A stretch of DNA of 64,000 bases from an uncultured Gammaproteobacteria bacterium (GTDB lineage: Bacteria; Pseudomonadota; Gammaproteobacteria; Chromatiales; Chromatiaceae): NCBI GenBank assembly GCA_963753845.1, contig CAVWEI010000029.1, positions 125 through 64,124 of the forward strand, read 5' to 3'. Shown piece by piece: positions 8,512 to 17,437 of the stretch. A program made the position numbers and the translations under genes. Numbering within the stretch: the first letter of the stretch is position 1; each line of letters starts with the position of its first letter. The notes beneath the pieces were generated by a model. It did not search any database. It was not told the origin of the DNA and saw only the letters and a program-made list of their open reading frames with translations.

Positions 8512-9701
8512 GGAAGCTCTGATTTATTCAATGGCTGGTTCATAATACGTTCATAGCATCGAAGCCAATCGGGGAATTGCTGAATGCGACAACATACGCT
8601 CGCTGACGAAGGGTTCGAGAAATTTCGCAAACCGACGCGCCGGGAACAGTTTCTCAACGAGATGGATCAGATCATTCCCTGGCGCGACCTGTGCAAAGTG
8701 ATCAAGCCGTTTTACCCGATGCCGAAAGGTGCAGGCCGCCCACCGGTCGGTTTGGAACGTATGCTGCGCATTCATTTCCTGCAGCACTGGTTCAACCTGT
8801 CAGATCCTGCGGTGGAAGAAGCATTGTACGATTCGCGCGCTATGCGGCGCTTCGTGGGTATCGACCTGGGTCGGGAACCCGTGCCGGATGAGACCACGGT
8901 CTGCAAGTTCCGTGATCTGCTTGAAGCGCACAATCTGGGCGATCCGCTGTTTGCCTTGATCGGCGAATACCTCCAGGAAAACGGCATGAAGGTGAACACC
9001 GGTACCATCGTGGATGCGACGATTATCGATGCGCCCAGTTCGACCAAGAACAGAGACAAGGCGCGTGACCCAGAGATGCATCAAACGAAGAAGGGCAACC
9101 AATGGTATTTCGGTATGAAAGCGCACATTGGTGTCGATAGCCAATCGAAGCTGATCCACTCGGTCGCCGCTACAGCGGCGAATGTCCATGACAGCCAAAT
9201 GCTCGAAGACCTGCTGCATGGTGATGAAACGCGCATCTGGGGCGATTCAGCCTATGCAGGGCAAGGCGATACGATTCGAGAGCGGGCACCCGACGCGAAA
9301 GACTTTACCAAAAAGAAGGGCAGCCGCAATTGCCCGCTGAGCGATGGAGACAAGGCAAAAAACAAGACCAAGTCGAAAGTGCGGGCCAAAGTCGAGCACC
9401 CATTTCTGGTACTCAAGCGCGTCTTTGGATTCAGCAAGGTGCGCTACCGTGGCTTGGAAAAGAACGCGACGAGGTTGTTTGTCGCTTGTGGGCTGGTGAA
9501 TTTGTACATGGTGCGCAGGCGATTGTTGCGCGCAACATAGGACAGGTGCGCCTGCAGTTCGCTGTTGACAGCGAATAGCACGGAAAGCGCCATCAAAACG
9601 GCCTGCAGACCACGGATTGAGGTGAATCTTCGCGTTTCTCGAATGAGTGATCACGGATTTACCGAAAATGACGCCGTCAGCGGAAATTGATCAGACCTTC
9701 C
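8512..9701 (+). mobile_element. IS5-family (IS5 subgroup) insertion sequence, 1190 bp
   Basis: IRL GGAAGCTCTGATTTATT, IRR reverse complement GGAAGGTCTGATCAATT. Flanked by CTAA / CTAG (YTAR target, one mismatch). Confidence 0.92.
8584..9540 (+). CDS. IS5 family transposase
   Basis: TRREQFL, LERMLRIHFLQHWFNLSD, VDATII, WYFGMKAHIGVD, GDSAY, RAKVEHPF. Confidence 0.97.
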   Translation: MRQHTLADEGFEKFRKPTRREQFLNEMDQIIPWRDLCKVIKPFYPMPKGAGRPPVGLERMLRIHFLQHWFNLSDPAVEEALYDSRAMRRFVGIDLGREPVPDETTVCKFRDLLEAHNLGDPLFALIGEYLQENGMKVNTGTIVDATIIDAPSSTKNRDKARDPEMHQTKKGNQWYFGMKAHIGVDSQSKLIHSVAATAANVHDSQMLEDLLHGDETRIWGDSAYAGQGDTIRERAPDAKDFTKKKGSRNCPLSDGDKAKNKTKSKVRAKVEHPFLVLKRVFGFSKVRYRGLEKNATRLFVACGLVNLYMVRRRLLRAT

Positions 9702-9874
9702 CTAGAAACTAACCCGCTGAAACTGGCATATGATGCTGATCACCGTCGAATTCTAGTTTTCCAGGTCGGTCCTTATGAAATGCAAAGGTTCTGGGAAATT
9801 GGCTCAATACTCAATGCAACTCAACACGCCGACTGATCAAATCCCCTGAACACCACTATTGACCACAACTCCTT

Positions 9875-9915
9875 TTTAAGGGGTACGTTCCAACGTGTGG
9901 AACGTACCCCTTAAA
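9875..9915. repeat. Perfect 18-bp inverted repeat (REP-like hairpin or terminator)
   Basis: TTTAAGGGGTACGTTCCA-ACGTG-TGGAACGTACCCCTTAAA. Confidence 0.8.
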
Positions 9916-10007
9916 GTTACTAGTCGGCGACGTCGCGACGCTTTTGGTGCGCTAACCTCGCACGCAGGTCTGTGCATATCGACTCGCCTTTGGATGGTCA
10001 CATCAGG

Positions 10008-10181
10008 TCAGCGAGACGATGCATCGGTGTGCCCGGCCTTTTCAGCACGCTGCTTCGCACGCGCTTCGTCGGCTTGGCGACGGGGCTGACCGTAGCGAAA
10101 CTCCAAAATTGTCAGCACGAGACCTATTGCCAACATGGTGAATACAAATATCGCTACCCATAACAACATGTTTCCGCTCAT
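10008..10181 (-). CDS. Small single-TM protein (57 aa, not in ORF track)
   Basis: MSGNMLLWVAIFVFTMLAIGLVLTILEFRYGQP... Its ATGA overlaps the stop of the upstream ORF. Confidence 0.6.
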   Translation of the reverse strand: MSGNMLLWVAIFVFTMLAIGLVLTILEFRYGQPRRQADEARAKQRAEKAGHTDASSR

Positions 10182-10363
10182 TGCTGCTCACTCCTCGCGC
10201 TGAGCGCCGCCAACTTGAAGTAGATGCCGAAGGCCAAAATCGATGGCACCCAAATGGCCGTGAATAGCCCTTCGGTTTGGTAGCCGTTGAACCAAAGAAA
10301 ACCCGAAACCGCAAACGACACTGCTACCGCCAGCAGGATAAAGAAGTCTGATAGCCTAAACAT
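10178..10363 (-). CDS. Small two-TM membrane protein
   Basis: MFRLSDFFILLAVAVSFAVSGFLWF..EGLFTAIWVPSILAFGIYF, AGGAG RBS. Confidence 0.7.
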   Translation of the reverse strand: MFRLSDFFILLAVAVSFAVSGFLWFNGYQTEGLFTAIWVPSILAFGIYFKLAALSARSEQQ

Positions 10364-10450
10364 TTGTGTCTCCTGTGTTTATTCCAGAAAATGCTGTCTT
10401 AAGGTCGCTAAGTCCATCACGACTTCTTACAGCTCATATCTTTTCGATTG

Positions 10451-10660
10451 TTACAAATCGTAGAATCCGATAGCGGCAAGCAGCAGACCTCCCACCGTGA
10501 TGGCGGCAGGCGTTCGCAGCCCTACTGCACCGAACGTGTCCACCATCGAAGGCACTACCTCGATCCAGCCGAGCGCAAACCATGCTAAGAAAGGGAAGGC
10601 GGCCAAAATTCCCAAGGTACCGAGTGTGCGTAAAAGCCGCCGTTTCCACACGCTTGTCAT
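10451..10660 (-). CDS. Small two-TM membrane protein
   Basis: MTSVWKRRLLRTLG...GLRTPAAITVGGLLLAAIGFYDL. Confidence 0.5.
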   Translation of the reverse strand: MTSVWKRRLLRTLGTLGILAAFPFLAWFALGWIEVVPSMVDTFGAVGLRTPAAITVGGLLLAAIGFYDL

Positions 10661-10889
10661 GTGGCGGGTTGTTGCAGGTGGCAAATAGATTTCTTCGTTA
10701 CGAGCATTGCTACGACGTTCGCAAAAAGGATTAGCGTAGAGAACTTCCGCTTTGCACCACATGCGCTCTTTACCCCATTAGACATCGCCTTCAACCGAGT
10801 CGATCATCTTGAGCAAAAGGACGTTTTCTGTGGGTGGTAGCGTATAAGCCATTAGCGGGCATCCAAGTTCTGTGGTCTTGCACGGCCGT

Positions 10890-11300
10890 CCGCGATGCCG
10901 TGAGCGCAGCGATCATCAGCTTCACTATTACCACTATCGATAGCCGCAGACGCATCTGCCGATATCACGTGTCGGGAAGCGGCAAGAGGTATCGGTCGAC
11001 TGCAAGGATTGCCGCGAACAGCAGCGCCAATTCCTCAACAACATCATAGGCTGGAAAGAACAGCAGAATCCATGCAAGCAATGAGGGCATCGCTCTCCAA
11101 CACAAGCGTGCGTGGCGACGTTCTGGATCGCTTGCCGCCACCCCCCAAATGTACCGCGCCCAGAAAGCTCGCGATCGCCGCGGCGCAGTATTGCAGTCCG
11201 TCTTCCACAATGACGCCCTGAGCGAGGTCATCCGTCGTCAGCAGCGTCGCAACACAACCGATGAAAGGCACTAGTCCGGCATAGCCAAGCGAAGACCGCT
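10890..11300 (-). pseudogene. DUF3429-like membrane protein remnant
   Basis: LGYAGLVPF, IASFLGAVH/WG, PSLLAW and YRQMRLRLS, with a frameshift and an internal stop. Confidence 0.7.
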
Positions 11301-11739
11301 ACTTGCGCCACGGGGTATAGGTGATTGCAGCAGTCACAAAAGGGCCTTAATCAGGTGGCTGCTGTCGGGTGAAGCGAAAAAGGGGACACAGTTTACTTTC
11401 GTGAAGGCCGTTATCGGTTGTCGGCAAAACTGTCGACAGTCCTCATTCCCACCTCCCTAACTCCGCAGAAAACGCAGTAAAACTAAGCCGGGCAACGCTT
11501 CTGGCCGAACCTTTTCCTAGGACGGTGGCTCAAGGGCTTGTCCTGGTGATTGCGAAGGAATTCAGCGGATTATGAAGTAGTGGGGTAAGAATGCCCACGG
11601 GGAACGGGGTGTTTGGGATTCGTGGGTGAAGAGAGTGGGTCGCTTCGATTCTCGCGACGGTATCAGCTTGATGCTGAGGTCATCGGATTGGTTCGCCATT
11701 TAGCGTAAAGTACCGACGGTGACCTGCTCTGGCGCGGAT

Positions 11740-12750
11740 ATGACGACAGCAACGGAAACACCCCCACAGGAGGAGACGCGGGTCTTCCTTTCTTACAGTC
11801 GTCGCGATGCGGACTTCGTCGAAGCGCTGGAAAAGGCGCTTAGCGCACGCGGCATGACGGTCTATGTAGATCGCACGGCGATCGAGAAGGGAGTCGACTG
11901 GTGGGAGCGCATTCATCAGCTTATTGCCAGATCGGATGCCGTAGTCTTTGTTCTGAGCCCCGATGCCGCGCAGTCGGATATCTGCGCGCGTGAGATCGAT
12001 TGTGCGCTTTCCCTCGGCAAGCGTCTGGTGCCAATCGTATGCCGGGACGTCGAAGGGCATCTCGTCCCCGGCGTGATTGCCAAAATCAACTACATCTTTT
12101 TCAACGGCAGCGGTCCGGGCGGTGCTGACGTCAGTTTTGATGCCGCTGTGGGTGAACTGGCCGCTGCCCTGCTGACCGACATTGACTGGGTGCGGGAGCA
12201 TACCCGGCTCGGCGAGCTGGCTCGATATTGGGATGCCACCGGCAGGCCGCCTGAACAGCTACTACGCGGTAGGCAGCTGCTCGCCGCAGTCGAATGGTTG
12301 GAAAAGACCATCACGCGAGAGCAACTGAAACAGCTCGACGAGAACGATCTGACCCACATGTTTATCCAGGCCAGCGCTCGGGCCTCGCACAAGCCCGGGT
12401 TTTACGGCTGGCGCTACCGCTTTCTGGTCATACCTGTCATTCCAATCGCCGCTGCTTTGGCAGTTATCGCCATTTGGATCGTCGATGGTGCCTACAAGAC
12501 CGGCATCCAGCGCGCCCTGGGGGTAACTCAGGATTCGGATTACGTGACGCTCTTCCTCACGATTGCGACGGCATTGTTCGTGGTTTATGTCGCGGGTTCT
12601 GTCCGGCGACGCTATCTGATTGCCAGGCGTGTCGATTTTCGGTCTATCGGATCGGCACGCTTATTTGCGCTCAGAGCGGTAATCTACAATTTGCTGTGGG
12701 TTGGCGCCGCGTTCTTCGCGTTATTCGTCTATCTCGATGGCATGGGTTGA
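11740..12750 (+). CDS. TIR-domain protein with three C-terminal TM helices
   Basis: RVFLSYSRRD, VYVDR, SDAVVFVLSP, CAREID (putative catalytic Glu), KRLVPI, then HTRL..LLRG linker and hydrophobic helices. Confidence 0.9.
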   Translation: MTTATETPPQEETRVFLSYSRRDADFVEALEKALSARGMTVYVDRTAIEKGVDWWERIHQLIARSDAVVFVLSPDAAQSDICAREIDCALSLGKRLVPIVCRDVEGHLVPGVIAKINYIFFNGSGPGGADVSFDAAVGELAAALLTDIDWVREHTRLGELARYWDATGRPPEQLLRGRQLLAAVEWLEKTITREQLKQLDENDLTHMFIQASARASHKPGFYGWRYRFLVIPVIPIAAALAVIAIWIVDGAYKTGIQRALGVTQDSDYVTLFLTIATALFVVYVAGSVRRRYLIARRVDFRSIGSARLFALRAVIYNLLWVGAAFFALFVYLDGMG

Positions 12751-13032
12751 GCGTGCAGCTGACATCATTGAAAAGACCACCACGTTGCGGCCGGATATCG
12801 ACTCAGCGGTGTACGGTTAAAGTGTTCCCAAGAGATGACCGCTTCCTTTGCGCCCGAACAGCCGTTCAGCATTCTTGTAGGCGATGTTTTCGGCGATTGA
12901 GCGCGAAAACCGGCTGAGCCATTTTCGATTGATCTTTATCAGACCCCGATACTCCGCCCATTGGCTTTTCTGTGGAATGACATTAGAAATTAACCCGCTA
13001 ATTGCACAAGAAACCAACCCGCTGCGTAAGCT

Positions 13033-14180
13033 CAATGTCATTAACTTAGGCGCGGTGTCATCGCGTCCGCCGGTACTGTCGCTGGAATCCGGGCACACGG
13101 ACCTTCTTCAAGTTCCGTGGATACGCGCGGCCAGGACGCACCGCCTCAACGACGTCGGCCATACGTTGCAATAGCCGCCAACACAGGTCCAACGGTGAAG
13201 TGTATAAAAACAACCGCACCAGGTTGTTCTTCATCTTCGACAGCGCATTGGCGAAGTTTATCCGATAGGTATGTTGGCGATGCCGATACCGTTCATCGGC
13301 GAGCCATTGCGCCAGGGTGGCGATGATTGCGGTCAGATTCTGCACAAAAATCTTCGCATGGAAATCCTGCAGCACGACCCAGGGTGAACGGCCGGAGAAG
13401 TTCTCAATCTCCAGACGCTGTTTCTCGCGTTTATAGTTCTCTTCGATCCCCAAGCGTAACGCATAGATTTTGGCGAAGGCGCGACGCGGATAGGCTTTCT
13501 CATCCAGCAACGACGTGGCCAAGACCTCCACCTCGCCGTTGTTCAACTCGACTCGGATCAGACGGACCCGCAGCGGATCACTCGGCAGATGATAGTCTCG
13601 GCACTGCCGTGCACTGGTCGGGTTCGGCATCAACGTGACCGTGCGCTGCTTCACGCCATCGGCAACGAAGGCGGTCACCTCAGCATGCAAGTCGTGGCGC
13701 ACGCGCGCGCAGTAGTGGCGTTGCTCGGCGTGGTGGAAGGCAAACAGCCAGAAGGCTGGATAGCCGCGATCGTAGAGGAATAGGTCGTCGGTTTTCGAAT
13801 CCAGCAGGTAGGCTGCCGCCAGTTCGCGTTCGCCGGTTCGATAGGGCGCCATGTCGGCCTGTATCACTCGATCATTGAGGACGTCATAGAGGCGGGAGAA
13901 ACGCGCCAATGGCACACCGCTGCCGCGTGGTCCGCCAAAGTAATCCGCGATCGCAGGCGCATTGGGCAGACGTGCCGTCGAACCATCGACCGCCAGCACG
14001 CGGAAAGCTTGCCAGCGCCGCTGGGCGATCTGCGCGTTCGCTGCATCGACCAAGGTGTCATTCAAGATCGCCAGCGCTTCAGGCCTGAGCTTCTGCCGCG
14101 CCCGGCAGAAAGCGGCTTCCGACACCGTATTCAGCGGCATCGTATCGTCGGTGAGTGTCTCGAAGAACTGATCCAGTTCA
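13033..14180 (-). mobile_element. IS4-family element, 5'-truncated (transposase ORF 13058..14140+)
   Basis: AFCRARQKL, VLAVDGST, LYDRGY, YALRLGIEENYK. Right IR CAATGTCATTAACTTAG at 13033. N-terminus lost at about 14180. Confidence 0.88.
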
Positions 14181-14443
14181 GCACTCAGACCATGCGCTCA
14201 AGGATCGAACCGATGAAGAAATTTGCGCGTACTATGCGCACCCATCGCGAACTGGTGCTGAACTATTTTCGGGCTCGAAAGCGGTTCTCCAGCGGCGTCG
14301 TGGAGGGGTTAAACAACAAGGCCAAAGTCACCATGAGAAAATCGTATGGATTCCGTACCTTTAAAGCGACAGAAATCGCCTTGTATCATGCACTTGGCAA
14401 GTTACCGGAGCCAAAACTTGCCCACAGTTTTTACTGACGAACC
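14180..14443 (+). mobile_element. ISL3-family 3' fragment with right IR
   Basis: MRSRIEPMKKFARTMRTHRELVLNYF..SSGVVEGLNNKAK..RKSYGFR. Ends ...TACTGACGAACC. Confidence 0.88.
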
Positions 14444-14451
14444 AAAAAATC

Positions 14452-14629
14452 TAGGCTCTGCGTTGCGAATCTTCGCAATAGCCAGCTATTACGTGCGATC
14501 CGCGCCTTGAAAACATCGCCTGGAGCGATGTTTCGCGAAAGCCCCGAAGGGGTGAGGCGCAAGGAAGCGCCGAACAGCCGAGCCTGTTTGATCACCAATA
14601 CTGATTTGCACGGAATTATTAGAGCTCCC
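14452..14629. mobile_element. Hairpin-rich MITE-like remnant with an IS5-like end
   Basis: Stems ATAGCCAGCTAT, AAACATCGC-CTGGA-GCGATGTTT, CCCC-GAA-GGGG, GGCGC..GCGCC. The end (reverse complement GGGAGCTCTAATAATT) resembles the IS5 IR at 8512. Confidence 0.55.
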
Positions 14630-14717
14630 CTGAAGTGACCGTCCCCATATCCTTCCATGTCAGGCACCTGGCGATCCGCCGCGAGGATCATGATTGCGGG
14701 CAGGGTGGTCCAGATCA

Positions 14718-15731
14718 ATGCCGATGAGCAAGCCTGAGTTGATTCCACCAGACCGGCTTGTTCACGCGGACTGGGGTTCCGATTCCAAGAAGCGATGGAT
14801 GTGTGTGGCGTCGAGGCAGGGCGGGGGATACATCATCCGGCCACCGGAACCCGTCGGTGATCTCCGGACCTTCTGGGCTCGGGTGGCGCAACCTTCCAAC
14901 GGTGGAAGTGTCCTCGTCGGTTATGACTTTCCCATCGGTCTGCCGGTGGCATATGCCGAGCGAGCAGGGATAACGCACTTCAAGGATTCTTTGCTTGAGT
15001 TCGGGCACGGCCCTTGGTCCGATTTCTACCGCCCGGCTGAACGGCAAGATGAGGTCAGCATCCGGCGTCCCTTCTATCCCTTCCGTCCAGGCGGCACAAA
15101 GCAGTGTCACCTCGTCGATGGGCTGGGCGTGGAGTCGATGCGTTCGCTGTTGAGACGATGTGAGCACCCCACAGAGACGCGCGGAGCTGCCTCGCCACTC
15201 TTCTGGACCCTTGGAGGCAAACAGGTCGGGCGTGCTGCCATAATCGGCTGGCGCGACTTGCTGGGTCCTGGCATCGCCGGCCAGAGCCTCGACCTCCGTC
15301 TTTGGCCGTTTGACGGCTCGTTGGCCGAGCTGATTGCGCCTGGAGCTCTGGTCGTTGCTGAGACTTACCCAGCTGAGGCGTGCGTCCATCTCGGCCTCAC
15401 GCCGCCTGGCAGGGGCTGGAGCAAGACGTCCCAATCGGGACGGGAGGCGCAGGCGGGGAAGCTGTTGGACTGGGCGATGATGCGAGAGGTTGAAGTCGAT
15501 GATCAGCTCTCTCGGATGATCCGGGACGGCTTTGGGGAGAAGAAGGCCGCTGAGGACCCCTTCGACGCGATGCTGGGCATCATGTCGATGATCGAGGTTG
15601 CGCTCGGCTACCGCAACGAGGGCGCGCCCCAGGATAATGAAGTGCGCCAAGTCGAGGGGTGGATACTGGGCCAAGAAGCACCGGACGCAGGTGTCGGTGG
15701 CCCAGGTCGGCAACGTCACCTTGGTCGGTAA
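14718..15731 (+). CDS. DUF429-like predicted RNase H-fold nuclease
   Basis: LVHADWG, VGYDFPIGLP, LFWTLGGKQVG, LWPFDG, VAETYPA, EDPFDA, VEGWILG. Confidence 0.75.
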   Translation: MPMSKPELIPPDRLVHADWGSDSKKRWMCVASRQGGGYIIRPPEPVGDLRTFWARVAQPSNGGSVLVGYDFPIGLPVAYAERAGITHFKDSLLEFGHGPWSDFYRPAERQDEVSIRRPFYPFRPGGTKQCHLVDGLGVESMRSLLRRCEHPTETRGAASPLFWTLGGKQVGRAAIIGWRDLLGPGIAGQSLDLRLWPFDGSLAELIAPGALVVAETYPAEACVHLGLTPPGRGWSKTSQSGREAQAGKLLDWAMMREVEVDDQLSRMIRDGFGEKKAAEDPFDAMLGIMSMIEVALGYRNEGAPQDNEVRQVEGWILGQEAPDAGVGGPGRQRHLGR

Positions 15732-15831
15732 CCCGGGCGAAAACGGAACAGCCCCGGTTTTTCCGCCGGTGATCGGGCCGGATCTCGATTCAGACACGGT
15801 TTCCGAGGCGTTCCTGGCGGTGTGAGAACTC

Positions 15832-16671
15832 TCAGGCCGATGCTTTCGATGCCATATCCTGGGAAGGTATACCGCAGGCCTTGATCGATTTGTCGCTCGG
15901 GCCGGGCCTTTTCATCGCCCGAAGCCGTTCGTGAAACGCCTTGCCCGTCACGGCGATCCCTTGGCCGGTCCTGATATTGATAGCGACATGCATCGCGACG
16001 ATGTGGAACGTGCCATCGCGTTCGAGCAGGACGGGCGAACCCGAGTCGCCGAAGGTCGCATCGCATTCGTGCAGCGCTATCAGGTCGCCACTGGCAAGCC
16101 CCACGATGTTGCATCGGTTGTTGCGGGTGAGGATATGCGGCCGATCCCTGCTGTAGCCGGCCTGCTTGAAAATTCCCTGCTGCCGGTAGATTTGCAGCGA
16201 TGTCCCGTCCAGCGACAGGGTCGGAAGGGGACTGACCTTGCCGCTCAGATCGTCTGCCAGGGTCAGTACCGCCCAATCCTGCGTTGGGCCACCCGATAGC
16301 CCCTTGCGCCGCGCCCCCTTGCCGTCGGCCAGTTGATAAGAGACGACCAGGGAATGGGCGAGATGGCCGCCACGCTGATAACCAGCCACGAAGTGCAGGG
16401 CGCAGGTCGGCAGCCAGGTCCGGGTGCGGCGGTTCCACAGGCAGTGCGCGGCGGTGAGCACCTGGCGTGGCCCGATCAGTGTGCCGGTGCAGAAGGGCCC
16501 GAGGGTGTTGTTGAGCCGGCCGATCGCGCCCCAGGGATAATCTGTCCCTTCGACCAGGGTGCGATCATCGCCACCCTGGATCCCCGGTATTGCCAATTTT
16601 CCGGGCGTGACCGCCTGTGCGACGGCCGCGGTCACGCTCAATACGACGAGCCAGAACAGGTGGCGAGACAT
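15832..16671 (-). CDS. Secreted trypsin-like (V8/S1) serine protease
   Basis: Signal peptide, CTGTLIG, LTAAHC, QDWAVL, GDSGSP catalytic triad. Confidence 0.93.
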   Translation of the reverse strand: MSRHLFWLVVLSVTAAVAQAVTPGKLAIPGIQGGDDRTLVEGTDYPWGAIGRLNNTLGPFCTGTLIGPRQVLTAAHCLWNRRTRTWLPTCALHFVAGYQRGGHLAHSLVVSYQLADGKGARRKGLSGGPTQDWAVLTLADDLSGKVSPLPTLSLDGTSLQIYRQQGIFKQAGYSRDRPHILTRNNRCNIVGLASGDLIALHECDATFGDSGSPVLLERDGTFHIVAMHVAINIRTGQGIAVTGKAFHERLRAMKRPGPSDKSIKACGIPSQDMASKASA

Positions 16672-16695
16672 CTGCCGGGCGTTAACGTGCCTGGC

Positions 16696-17016
16696 TCAGT
16701 TGAGGCTTTCCGGGTTGCTTTCCTCGTCCACCTTCCTCGGCTGCGCTGTGGCCTGGAGGTTCTTCAGCACATTGCTGAGGGTCTGTGCCAATCGGGCGGC
16801 CCCATGCGGCGTCATCGCGATCCGCGTATTGATCGGCAGCAACTGCTGGTTTGTCTGCGGATCTGCGATTGGTCCTGGCGAGAAATTAACGATGATCTCT
16901 TCGCGCGTGGAGTTCACGACGAACTGTGAGGCGAATTGTGTTTCCATGTTTTCGTAGCGCACATGCATGGCGATCTTTTGCTGTTCATTGTCTGGCGTTG
17001 GGTTTTTTTTGGCCAT
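16696..17016 (-). CDS. DUF3467-like protein
   Basis: FASQFVVNSTREEIIVNF, RIAMTPHGAARLAQTL. Confidence 0.75.
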   Translation of the reverse strand: MAKKNPTPDNEQQKIAMHVRYENMETQFASQFVVNSTREEIIVNFSPGPIADPQTNQQLLPINTRIAMTPHGAARLAQTLSNVLKNLQATAQPRKVDEESNPESLN

Positions 17017-17437
17017 TGATCCATAGTTCCTGGTGGTTGTTTTGCTGGTGAATATCCTGCGCTGCTGCCCGTCAGCAGCCGTCTGTCGATAAACATCCTC
17101 TAATTTTCAGCGATGTTATCAGCATTCGCTTGCAGCTATCGGCGGTGTCCCGGTCTGTCTGAACCTGATGGACAGCGCGGCGACCCGGATCGTCGGGTTT
17201 TTCGCCGCAGCCGTGGGTATGGGGTTGATTTCCAAGCGTGCCTTTGAATTTCTGGAGCCCTGTCGTCAGTGGTGACTGCGGCTGCGGGACACCCGCATGG
17301 CAATGATAGTCAAGGCTTTCGCGTTCAAGTGGCAGTCAGCTTGATGCCACCACGCGCCTCAGGTCACATCCAGACTGTCCTGACGCCGTAAAGTCGGCTT
17401 CAGGCCCTTCGCGACATCTTCACTCCAGGATTCCCGT

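Noticed and set aside
10775-10840. IAFNRVDHLEQK resembling a P4-type integrase C-terminus
   Set aside because: Too short and degenerate, with no catalytic motifs or att/tRNA nearby.
12817-12990. RKWLSRFSRSIAENIAYKNAERLF amidohydrolase-like C-terminal fragment
   Set aside because: Plausible remnant cut by IS4, but too short to call.
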